Origin: an uncultured virus (IMG/VR IMGVR_UViG_3300026336_000015)
Lineage: Duplodnaviria > Heunggongvirae > Uroviricota > Caudoviricetes
IMG/VR virus record: IMGVR_UViG_3300026336_000015
Reading direction: 5' to 3' (one strand)
Length of the DNA stretch: 64,000 nt
In this document: positions 1-8,295 of the stretch, piece by piece
Layout of the letters: each line of letters begins with the position of its first letter
How positions within the stretch are numbered: position 1 is the stretch's first letter
Notes under the pieces: generated by a model
What the model saw: only the letters and a program-made list of their open reading frames with translations
What the model was told of the DNA's origin: nothing
Database searches by the model: none
Translations under genes and position numbers: made by a program

Positions 1-1386
1 TCATTTGTTGTTTATTTGTTGTTTACCGGAAAAAATGTCGTTGAGCGCGTCAGCAGCTGTTGCGTCCGCTGATTGTATCGCATGAGCATACACGTTGAGA
101 GTAGTTGATGTTTGGCTGTGTCCTAAACGAGCCGAAACGGTACGTATATCTTGGTGAGACATAATTTGCAATGTCGCATTTGTGTGACGTAGGCTATGGG
201 GGTGGATACCCTCTGATATTCCATGCGAACGTGCAAATGAGCGAAACCACGATGTGAACTCATTCGAACCCTCCGGGGAGCCGCACCATGTCACGAACAG
301 CCGACCGCTGTTTTGCCATTGGTCACCGCAGGCAAGACGCTGCTCATTATACCAGGCCCGATATTCTACCAATACCGGCATGCAGATGCTTGGCAGTTTA
401 ATAACTCGGCAGCTGCTACTGTTTTTGGTGTCTCCCTCTAGCATTCCTTTGTGTGCTACATAGACGGACGTTGTGTGTATTGAAATAGTCTGGCGGTCAA
501 AATCTATGTCATTCCACGATAGCCCATACAGTTCGGAGCGGCGCATACCAGAGCTAAGCAACAGTATAGCAGCTGTCCGTCGGTTAATGGGAGCATCCTG
601 CAATGCGACGATAAAATCGCGTGTTTGCTGTTCGTCAAAGCATTCCTGCTCAATATGCTCTTTTTTCGGCGCAGCGACACGATCAGCAGGACTGGACGGA
701 ATAACCTGCCACTTTACAGCGGTGGACAAAATTGACTTGATTAAGTTGTGATAATGCAGCACCGTATTTCCAGATAGCTTTTGCTTACCAGATACCGAAA
801 AGTCACGGTCAAGGGACAGTCCAAGCGCTTTACAGACAGCCGCAGCGGTTTTATACGATACACTCTTCCTGCGGATAATCTGTAGCAATGTGGTATTGGA
901 CACACCTATCTGCTTTGCAAAATTACATTTGAGAATATGCTTTTTCTGCAGAATGGGAGTTAAATCAAACTTAGGTGTATAGGACATATCCCGCCGTGTG
1001 CCTTCTTCCGACAGGCTTTTATAAAGCTCAGCAAGATGGTGTGGCTGAAGCTTTGATAGCTTAATATGCCCGATTGCTTGATACAACACTGGTATCCATA
1101 CTTTGTATCCGGCTACTGTATCTGCTCGTAGATTAGGTTCTGCATAATCTGACAGCCATTTTTCTGTAAATTCTTTAAAAGTTATCGTTGGGTCAATATA
1201 TTGTCCGCTCTGTACTTGGTCCTCAAATCTTACAGCAGCAGCTTCAACGGCTTTCTTCTCTTGGCGTGCTGTCATGCCGGAATCTGGTTTCCATGTCATT
1301 GTCTTGCGAATCTGCTTTCCGGTGCCGTCATAACCGCAGGACGTGCTGATTAGATACGATTTTCCACGCTTCTGAATTGTTGCCAT
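1..1386 (-). CDS. int: Tyrosine recombinase / phage integrase with an internal HTH insertion
   Basis: GMRRSEL, HSLRHT and LGHS..TTLNVYAH catalytic motifs; RBS AGGAGG upstream. Confidence 0.95.
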   Translation of the reverse strand: MATIQKRGKSYLISTSCGYDGTGKQIRKTMTWKPDSGMTARQEKKAVEAAAVRFEDQVQSGQYIDPTITFKEFTEKWLSDYAEPNLRADTVAGYKVWIPVLYQAIGHIKLSKLQPHHLAELYKSLSEEGTRRDMSYTPKFDLTPILQKKHILKCNFAKQIGVSNTTLLQIIRRKSVSYKTAAAVCKALGLSLDRDFSVSGKQKLSGNTVLHYHNLIKSILSTAVKWQVIPSSPADRVAAPKKEHIEQECFDEQQTRDFIVALQDAPINRRTAAILLLSSGMRRSELYGLSWNDIDFDRQTISIHTTSVYVAHKGMLEGDTKNSSSCRVIKLPSICMPVLVEYRAWYNEQRLACGDQWQNSGRLFVTWCGSPEGSNEFTSWFRSFARSHGISEGIHPHSLRHTNATLQIMSHQDIRTVSARLGHSQTSTTLNVYAHAIQSADATAADALNDIFSGKQQINNK

Positions 1387-1548
1387 AAAAGTACCTCCTT
1401 AAAAATGAGCATAAAAATGCCCGGACTGTTGATTTCAGGCCAGGTTAGGAGTACAATATTTAAGCAATACATATTGTATGCTCCGGCTCCGGCTGGGTGC
1501 TCGTCCTGCTACTGGTTGCACCCAGCGGCGGGATTTTTTTATATATTG

Positions 1549-1648
1549 AAAAAGCGCCCCACAAAAAGTGAAGCGCTCTTTCGAATGATTTTTAAACGTG
1601 CCAGCTAGTGGCAAAGTCTTTTAAATTGCCCGTTAAGGGCTAAGTTGT
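1549..1648 (-). ncRNA. Putative small RNA with two hairpin repeats, downstream of the PemK-like gene
   Basis: Own promoter TTGACG-17-TAGAAT (1683-1655); two ~28-nt repeats (1590-1617, 1619-1645); terminator hairpin GCGCTTCAC/GTGGGGCGC plus U-tract; no ORF. Confidence 0.6.
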
Positions 1649-1654
1649 ATCATC

Positions 1655-1683
1655 ATTCTAACATATAGTATGCGCTACGTCAA
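1655..1683 (-). promoter_or_regulatory. SigA-type promoter
   Basis: TTGACG-N17-TAGAAT with TG extension on the minus strand. Confidence 0.75.
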
Positions 1684-1701
1684 TAAAAAAATACTATGAT
1701 T

Positions 1702-2517
1702 TTATTTCAACTTATTTGGGCCTATGTATAATTGTTGAATTTCTTGGTCAATAGCATCCAGAACCGTTGGGGAAACTTTTATTCCAGAGAGAACATCGCG
1801 ATAATATTTTGGATTATATATTCGGAGCTTACTTACGGTTGTGATTTGCTCTGCTAAAACTACACTACCGTGCTTCATTTGAGATATTTCTTTTTTCATT
1901 AGTTCTAGGTGCCTAATGTCTTTTGTAAACATAGTCATCTTCTCTTGGAGCGAGTGTATCTCGTCTACAAGATTTTTTTGATCAGAAGTGCCGCTAACTT
2001 GGGCTCTATTATGGACGCCTCTAAGGGAGAAGTCTAATCCGTCGATTCTTTTTTGAACTTGGCTTTGCTCTTCCTTTAGAGTTTCAAAACCAACTCGAAA
2101 TTTCTCCGTAAGTTCAGTATAAATCTCGTCCCCGACAAATAGCATGCCGTGTCCTAAAGAAGAAATAGATTTACGCTCAACAATTTTTGTTTTATCTTTT
2201 GGTTTTAAAGATCGTAACGGAGCGATCAAAATTGTCGAATCATTTAGATTGTTGCTCTTATCTAGTACAATTGCATAGCGAAGGCCACCCTGCTCACTGC
2301 CGATTCTAAAGCCAAGATTGACTTTGATAATTTGTCCACGCTTATATCGTGGGAGTTTAGACGGGTCAAATGAAGATTCCAAATTCCTAAATCGAACATA
2401 GTCTTTTACCCAATACTCAATTTTTTTAGCTTTTTCTGGATTTGTTTTTTCTAGTCTATCCAAATACTTTTCTAGCTCATTTATAGATACGTCTTTGAGA
2501 TTATTTAAATCTTTCAC
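1702..2517 (-). CDS. PemK/MazF-family endoribonuclease-like protein with coiled-coil insertion
   Basis: KRGQIIKVNLGFRIGSEQGGLRYAIVL and VLAEQITTVSKLRI motifs typical of the PemK/MazF fold. Confidence 0.8.
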   Translation of the reverse strand: MKDLNNLKDVSINELEKYLDRLEKTNPEKAKKIEYWVKDYVRFRNLESSFDPSKLPRYKRGQIIKVNLGFRIGSEQGGLRYAIVLDKSNNLNDSTILIAPLRSLKPKDKTKIVERKSISSLGHGMLFVGDEIYTELTEKFRVGFETLKEEQSQVQKRIDGLDFSLRGVHNRAQVSGTSDQKNLVDEIHSLQEKMTMFTKDIRHLELMKKEISQMKHGSVVLAEQITTVSKLRIYNPKYYRDVLSGIKVSPTVLDAIDQEIQQLYIGPNKLK

Positions 2518-2711
2518 AGTAACTATTCCCCTGACTTAGTAAAGATATAATTACTATAATATGACAATGTGTGACTGTCAACTATCCATTTTGACAAATT
2601 GTATATCGCTCGTTAATTTTCTAAAAAATGCAATGTTGACATTGAGTGCGATTGGTGCCTGCCGCTCTATCCTGTTCCAGCAGGGTAGGGCGGTTTTTGT
2701 GATGATACTAT

Positions 2712-3308
2712 TTATTTTACAATTAATCTGCCTAACATAACATCACTTACTTTTTCGTCAATTATTGTAAAGTCAATTATATAATATTTCTCATCTTTAT
2801 CTTTATTTTTCGGCTGTCCATCATCAGTTACTTCTACTTGCTGCAAATTATTGTTTTTATCAATAGTATAAGTTCCAATCACATCCATGTCTATAAGTTC
2901 AGTATTAGTGCTTTTTGTAAAATCTCCAGAGTGAGTAATAGCTTCTGCTGCATCCTTATATTTTCCTTTTATTGATTTTTCTAAATCATCTTGCACTATT
3001 TTATCGCTTTTCCTGACGGCGGCAAACCATCTCATTTTTGATACATCATATTTACTTAAAACGTCTGTCGCACGTTCGCCTATTTTGATTCCCTGTTTAG
3101 TCTGAAAATTTCCATTTTTTTGCTTGTTTTCATCGCTCAATGTAATATAATCCTGCCCTTCTGTTATAAAATCAACTTCTTTTCCGTTGCTGTCATAAAT
3201 GGATAAGTCTGCCTTGCTCAACGCTTTTGATGTTCCACAAGCCGTTACAGATACAGCTAGCGCAAATGCGCAAATCACGGAACAAATCTTTTTAATTGGA
3301 CAATTCAT
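2712..3308 (-). CDS. Lipoprotein (possible superinfection-exclusion moron)
   Basis: Signal peptide with lipobox VTAC; location in the immunity region. Confidence 0.6.
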   Translation of the reverse strand: MNCPIKKICSVICAFALAVSVTACGTSKALSKADLSIYDSNGKEVDFITEGQDYITLSDENKQKNGNFQTKQGIKIGERATDVLSKYDVSKMRWFAAVRKSDKIVQDDLEKSIKGKYKDAAEAITHSGDFTKSTNTELIDMDVIGTYTIDKNNNLQQVEVTDDGQPKNKDKDEKYYIIDFTIIDEKVSDVMLGRLIVK

Positions 3309-3438
3309 AAATCATTCTCCCTTTCATCTTGCGGTTGACATTTTATGCCAACCAATTATAATAAGATTAAGGGATGTGCTTGCCAGTTTGTCCTGATTAA
3401 AGCCTTTCGGTGTTACCAGCACTGGAGGGCTTATTTTT

Positions 3439-3870
3439 TTATGATTCAGTATTAAACGATAGGCCACGGCTTTCCGTATAATAACGCAGCGCCCAGCGAA
3501 CCGCTTTTTCAGATATATTAAAATACTCGGCCAGTTGCCAAGGCTCAGAATACCCCATGCGCATTGCCTGTTGCAGTTCTTTGAACGGGAGAAAGTGCTC
3601 GGCTGCCCATCGGTTAGCTCTGTATTCGTGCTGGCTAATCAAATCAAGTGAGCTGCAAGCTTTGTGTGTTGCGCCAGTGGCGCAGTGACCAATCTCATGT
3701 GCTAGCGCACGTTTAGACTCTCCTAATGATGAAAAAGCGGACATGTCAATAAAAATTCCATACTTTTTATTCATTTCGATTGTAACGCTTTTATTCTTGC
3801 CTACATTGTATTGAAACACATAAATTCCTTGCTTTTGAATTTCTTTATACAAATCAGAAAATTCAATCAT
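3439..3870 (-). CDS. ImmA/IrrE-family metallopeptidase (antirepressor protease)
   Basis: AHEIGH and E.RANRWAAEHFLP motifs; adjacent to the repressor; true start is likely ATG 3870. Confidence 0.85.
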   Translation of the reverse strand: MIEFSDLYKEIQKQGIYVFQYNVGKNKSVTIEMNKKYGIFIDMSAFSSLGESKRALAHEIGHCATGATHKACSSLDLISQHEYRANRWAAEHFLPFKELQQAMRMGYSEPWQLAEYFNISEKAVRWALRYYTESRGLSFNTES

Positions 3871-3874
3871 GAAC

Positions 3875-4243
3875 TCATTCCTCGGTTTTCTTTTCCTTGT
3901 CCTGCTGCATTTTAAAGAATCGTGCCATTTCAAGCAGCTTCTGCTTGTTTTCATCTGTAAGCTCTTTTGATTCGTCCAAAAACGCATAGGTAAAATCATC
4001 AAGTGTAATATCTTCGGGCTTTTTCTCATCAAGAGAGGAAGCCCTTCCTTTTTGCTCATTTCCGAGCAGGTAATCAACTGACACATTGAGATAGTCGGCT
4101 ATCTTCTGTAGCTTTTCTGTTTTGGGAACGCTACGCCCTCTTTTCCAGTCGCTTAAAGTGCTTTGTGGAACCCCAGTTTCTTTGGATACTCGGTAGGGAG
4201 TAATTTTTCTTTTTTTTAAAAGTTGCTCAAATATTTCATACAT
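3875..4243 (-). CDS. CI/ImmR-like XRE HTH repressor
   Basis: TPYRVSKETGVPQSTLSDWKRG...KIADYLNVSVDYLLG; start ATG 4243. Confidence 0.9.
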   Translation of the reverse strand: MYEIFEQLLKKRKITPYRVSKETGVPQSTLSDWKRGRSVPKTEKLQKIADYLNVSVDYLLGNEQKGRASSLDEKKPEDITLDDFTYAFLDESKELTDENKQKLLEMARFFKMQQDKEKKTEE

Positions 4244-4274
4244 TTTTAGTACACCTTTCACAAACCTATAAAAA

Positions 4275-4431
4275 TACATCGAAATTCGTAGCAAACATCT
4301 TGACTTGTTACGAATACCGTTGTATAGTATAGGCATACCACGAGATACGTAGCAAAAAAGACGTTTCCCGTAGTGCTTCGAATAGCGATAAATTTCAACC
4401 GATAATCGAAGTATATCACTAAACCGAAGTA
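4275..4431. promoter_or_regulatory. Lysis/lysogeny switch: rightward promoter and five operator-like 17-mers
   Basis: TTGACT(4300)-N17-TATAGT(4323); TACnnCGnnnnnCGTA-like sites at 4275, 4308(rc), 4336, 4397(rc), 4415(rc). Confidence 0.7.
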
Positions 4432-4471
4432 AACACAAGTATAACAATATACAAAGAAAGAGGGTGACATT

Positions 4472-4636
4472 ATGCCAGAATTGTATACTTGCGCCCAAAT
4501 TGCCGACAGATACCACGTTAAAACTATAACGGTATGGGACTGGATTCGCAAACGCAAGCTCCACGCCAAGAAGATTGGCAAGCAGTACCTTATCAGCAAT
4601 GAGGACATCAAGGACTTTGAAAAGGAGAGTGCGTAA
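4472..4636 (+). CDS. Small HTH DNA-binding protein (Cro/excisionase-like, 54 aa; not in the ORF track)
   Basis: MPELYTCAQIADRYHVKTITVWDWIRKRKLHAKKIGKQYLI; RBS AAGAGGGTG; divergent from the repressor. Confidence 0.85.
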   Translation: MPELYTCAQIADRYHVKTITVWDWIRKRKLHAKKIGKQYLISNEDIKDFEKESA

Positions 4637-4764
4637 TTGGTGAATTGGAAGTCGTTTGCAAACAACGTAAAAAACCAATCAGCGATTTCAAAGATTGCTT
4701 TGGCTGTCGCGATTGCTGCTCTGGCTATAGCGTCTTTCCGATGAAGGGAAGGAGGATGCATAAG

Positions 4765-5064
4765 ATGAACCCCATCAAAGATAGTGACACACCAACAGCA
4801 TTTGATGGTGAACATTCAATTGGCACGGATGATAGCGGAAGAGCCTTGTATGCTTTTATAGACATGAACGGAAACGTACAACTCACCTACAAACCAATCA
4901 GTAAAATGACGCTTGAGGAGCAAGAATTCATCAATTCAAGGATTCAGGCTGACAAAGTGCGTCAGGAGGCAATCGAAGCTAAAGAAGCTCAAAATCAAGC
5001 GACCATTATGAAAATATTGGCTTTGATTGCCACTGTACTCAATTTGCTTGTACTTTTCAAATGA
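4765..5064 (+). CDS. Hypothetical protein with C-terminal TM helix
   Basis: RBS GGAGG; hydrophobic C-terminus. Confidence 0.55.
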   Translation: MNPIKDSDTPTAFDGEHSIGTDDSGRALYAFIDMNGNVQLTYKPISKMTLEEQEFINSRIQADKVRQEAIEAKEAQNQATIMKILALIATVLNLLVLFK

Positions 5065-5422
5065 AATAGTACGTCTTTATAAACGTTACGATAGACAGGA
5101 CTAAAGCAATGAGTGCAATCCATTGTGAAGCAAGGAATGAACGAATCTTGCCAATATAAAATATCAGCGGAAATATTGCCTTGTAACTTAAACGTATGCC
5201 CACAGATTTGTTTATTGGATGGTGATTTTCATCATTACAGTCCACATATTCGAGATAACCGCAGTTCTTCATGTGCATAAGTAAAACGGGAAGTACATCC
5301 ATTTCGATATTGTTTTGAGTGGATAAAAATTTGTAAGAAAAATATGAAAACTCACCTTTTTGAAAGTCGGGTTTGTTTTCTCGCATAAACTTTAAAAGTT
5401 TATGTTCTGATTTGCTTAGCAT
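5057..5422 (-). CDS. Hypothetical membrane-anchored protein (moron with its own promoter)
   Basis: TTGTAG-N17-TAAAAT promoter and RBS GAAAGGAG upstream; C-terminal TM. Confidence 0.65.
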   Translation of the reverse strand: MLSKSEHKLLKFMRENKPDFQKGEFSYFSYKFLSTQNNIEMDVLPVLLMHMKNCGYLEYVDCNDENHHPINKSVGIRLSYKAIFPLIFYIGKIRSFLASQWIALIALVLSIVTFIKTYYFI

Positions 5423-5737
5423 AATGTAATCTCCTTTCTTGACAGCATTTTACATCGGAAAGGAAAATTCTACAAGTAATGAGTAGAGAAGCCCGGGAAA
5501 AGCGTCCAGATGAAAAGACTGCTTAAACTGTTATATATCAGTTTAGCACATTGTAAGTACATTAAATGGTACTTTCAAGCGGGAAGGAGAGGAGAGAAAC
5601 GGAAGAATATAAAAAAAGCCACGTCAAAGGTGCCAAAGCACCAATGACATGGGGAGACGCAGAAAGCTCTGGTTTAACTTGGGGTGATTCCAACCATTTC
5701 GGTCTTACTTGGGACGGACAGATTATAAACCATGAGC

Positions 5738-5899
5738 CTACTTCTGATGACCTTCAGAGTAAACTCTGAAAGCTGAAACTATGGCATTAGAAATAGCGTC
5801 AACTGTTTCTGATGCGTTCATCTGTTTACCACTTTGAATTGTTTTCTCCAGTTCTTCCTTTGAACTTTCGTAAATTTTGTTTTCAAGTACTTCATCCAT
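5738..5899 (-). CDS. Small hypothetical protein (moron with its own promoter)
   Basis: TTGTAA-N17-TAAAAT promoter, RBS GGGAGGTG, ATG 5899. Confidence 0.6.
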   Translation of the reverse strand: MDEVLENKIYESSKEELEKTIQSGKQMNASETVDAISNAIVSAFRVYSEGHQK

Positions 5900-6063
5900 T
5901 AGTACCACCTCCCTTCGACAAGATTTTACCACGTTGGAAGGAAATTTACAATAATTTCCGGCTGCGGCTTGTGGGTAGAGCTTGGCGCTGATAGCCCCAG
6001 TGCCACCGAGTAATACCCCCTTGTGACTCTGCCTGCAAGCGACAGCCGGATAAAGGAGAAAAT

Positions 6064-6393
6064 ATGCCTGAACTTAATTTTTCAGATGCCGAACTTTTGG
6101 CTCTAGCCAAAAAAGTTTCAGGCATTCTGAATCTCAAAGAGACACCTGTTTCAAAAGGCCCGCGAATGCGGCTTTTGAAAGATGCTTATGCAAAACTAAA
6201 ATCAGAGGATCCGGAAACTTGTGTAACCGAAACAATGGTGCGCAAGTTGGTTTTAGATGGGAAAGTAAAGTCTGTATTAGTTGGGCAAAAGCGTCTTATC
6301 AATTACGATAGCTTAGTGTCTTATTTCAGCAGCGTACATACTGAGCCGGAACCTGCTGTTGAGTCCGGCAAAATTAGACGAATAGCTGAATAG
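6064..6393 (+). CDS. Excisionase-like DNA-binding protein
   Basis: LKSEDPETCVTETMVRKLVLDGKVKSVLVGQKRLINYDSL resembles Xis-type winged HTH proteins; RBS AAGGAG. Confidence 0.7.
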   Translation: MPELNFSDAELLALAKKVSGILNLKETPVSKGPRMRLLKDAYAKLKSEDPETCVTETMVRKLVLDGKVKSVLVGQKRLINYDSLVSYFSSVHTEPEPAVESGKIRRIAE

Positions 6394-6439
6394 TAAAAAC
6401 TATTGGTTCCAATGACCGTAAAAATGAGAACAAAAGAGT

Positions 6440-7200
6440 ATGAAGAATGAAGCACATACCGCAGAGTTCGGATGGCCATTCTCTCTTCCTTTGTTCAATG
6501 CTTGTCCTCTCAAATTAAGGGGTTGTATCCACGTTACAGCGATTTACTCGCGGGTGCCGGATATCGTTCTGGAGAGGGTGCCAGGCTGGCGTGCTTTATC
6601 TGTTTTGCTGCTTCCGGCACGTATAAGCGGCAGGGTTGGCATTGTGTGTCATGATTCAGGCGGGAACGGGTACTCGTTCAAATCCGGATAGGGTTGGTAC
6701 CATGGGTTCGCGGTATAAAAAATCGACGTGCATTGTCTGTTCTGCGACTTCCATCCATTGTCAGTTCGCAGGGTTGGCATTGTGTGCTAAATACGGGGTT
6801 GGATGCTTGCGCCATGGTGGACAGGAGGGGCATCTCGTTCCGGCTAAAAAGCGGAGTGGTTTCTAAATCGGTCAACAGTACCTCGAATTGGCGATACCAG
6901 TCCGGGTCTTATCAGCCCTAATGAGTGATGCGAGGACGTTTTCAATTTCAAAAAATTCTGAATTTCGAGTTTTTTGAAAAAGCAGAAAGCGCTACCCTCT
7001 AGTTTCTTATTGCCAAAATGCCGATTTTTAGCAAAAAATGTATACATTTCTGCGGAAAATGTACGCAGTTTCAAACAGAGTAGATAAGAGTAAAGAAGAG
7101 AAGAAAAAAGAAAATAGTAAAGAAAAAGCGCAGGATGTTTACATCTTTTCAAACAGTTCTGTGGGCGAAACAGTTCGTGCGGAGTATAGCCTTATTGGCT
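6440..7200 (+). pseudogene. Possible decayed DUF4373 (Lin1244/Lin1753-like) replication initiator
   Basis: Fragments in shifting frames (ACPLKLRG; QGWHCV twice; KNVYISAENVRSFKQSR / VDKSKEEKKKE) resemble that family; no intact ORF. Confidence 0.35.
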
Positions 7201-7235
7201 TGCTTATAAAATCAATTTTTAGGAGTGTGTAGATT

Positions 7236-7895
7236 ATGGCAGTAAAAAAGACAGCTACAGAAGAAATCGTTATTCCGGCAATCGATATCCGCAAGATGAA
7301 AATCAAGATTGTTGGTGACACCCCGCTTATCATGCACAAATGGGACGAAAAGGCCAAGCAGATGATTCTCGACAAAGAAATGGGCAAAGCCAAGAACAAA
7401 GGCCACGATATTAAGTCCCCGATTGCAGACTTCATCCATTCCGTCTATTGGATGGAGGGCGAACCTGACCTGACTAAGTGCAAGACAGAGGAGGACAAAC
7501 AGGCAGCGTTTGAAACGGCAATTAAAAAAGGCGCGCGGTTTGGATTCCCGACGTGTGCATTCAAAGCATCTGCGGTTGCAGCGGGCTTCCGCTCCGGCGT
7601 TTCGAAAAACAAGGTTTCTCTCAATGGCGCGTTCCATATTGACACGGAACTCACCGAAATCCATGGAGTCCCCGACATCAGAGAGGATATGGTAAGAGTT
7701 GGAATGGGCGCAGCCGACATTCGGTACCGCGGAGAGTTCAAGAAATGGTGGGCTGAACTCGAAGTGAAGTATAACGCAGGTACTATCACAGCGGAGCAGG
7801 TCGTTAACTTGTTCAGCCTCGGAGGATTTGCGTGCGGGATTGGTGAGTGGAGAGCCGAAAAAGGCGGCATAAACGGAGCATACCACGTTGAGTAA
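7236..7895 (+). CDS. Solitary RAMP/Cas7-like RNA-binding protein associated with the GGY-NN array
   Basis: N-terminal IKIVGDTPLIMH strand and C-terminal Gly-rich loop GGFACGIGEWRAEKGGINGAY as in RAMP proteins; RBS AGGAG; array starts 12 nt after the stop. Confidence 0.7.
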   Translation: MAVKKTATEEIVIPAIDIRKMKIKIVGDTPLIMHKWDEKAKQMILDKEMGKAKNKGHDIKSPIADFIHSVYWMEGEPDLTKCKTEEDKQAAFETAIKKGARFGFPTCAFKASAVAAGFRSGVSKNKVSLNGAFHIDTELTEIHGVPDIREDMVRVGMGAADIRYRGEFKKWWAELEVKYNAGTITAEQVVNLFSLGGFACGIGEWRAEKGGINGAYHVE

Positions 7896-7907
7896 TACAT
7901 AAAACTC

Positions 7908-8260
7908 GGCAGGCGGGGCTTGTCGGGGCACGGTGCTGCGAGGTTGTGTTTGGCATGGTATGGCAGGCGAGGCCAGGCTAGGCGTGGCGCAGCGAGGTTT
8001 GGCGAGGCGCGGCTAGGTACGGCGCGGCATGGTTTGGCAGGCAAGGTAAGGCAAGGTGCGTCGCGGCAGTGCGTGGCGCGGTGAGGCAGGCATGGCTTGT
8101 CTGGGTGTGCTGGGTTTGGGCATGGAGCGGCACGGCAGGTATGGCTAGTTTGGGTATGGCGGGTTAGGGTCTGGTGCGGTACGACCGGGTATGGCAGGCT
8201 GGGTTTGGCGAGGTATGGTTTGGCTAGGCGAGGCATGGCCCGGTACGGTTTGGCAGGCAT
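7908..8260 (+). ncRNA. Array of six GGCA-(GGY-NN)n units, putative guide RNA array
   Basis: Units start at 7908, 7962, 8036, 8085, 8134, 8193 with 10, 14, 9, 9, 11, 11 pentamers; terminal GGCAGGCAT at 8252; 51 of 64 pentamers begin GGC/GGT. Confidence 0.8.
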
Positions 8261-8295
8261 GGAAATACCTAAATAAAAACAAAGGAGGTCCACAC

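Noticed and set aside
3875..4815. Long versions of the ORFs at 3439-4086, 3875-4678 and 4258-4815
   Set aside because: Extensions run over the repressor, operators and the divergent HTH gene; shorter starts fit the families
5566..5769. Small ORF with TWGD repeats
   Set aside because: The RBS points to ACG rather than a normal start and the ORF overlaps an antisense gene; cannot support it as a gene
7123..7134. AAAAAGCGCAGG upstream of the RAMP-like gene matches 12 nt of the concatenated unit-3 NN string
   Set aside because: Partial, low-complexity match that breaks after 12 nt; plausible by chance, so not claimed as a self-target
7908..8260. Canonical CRISPR array or simple microsatellite
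   Set aside because: No 23-50-bp identical repeats with spacers; NN positions are too diverse and the GGCA punctuation too regular for slippage
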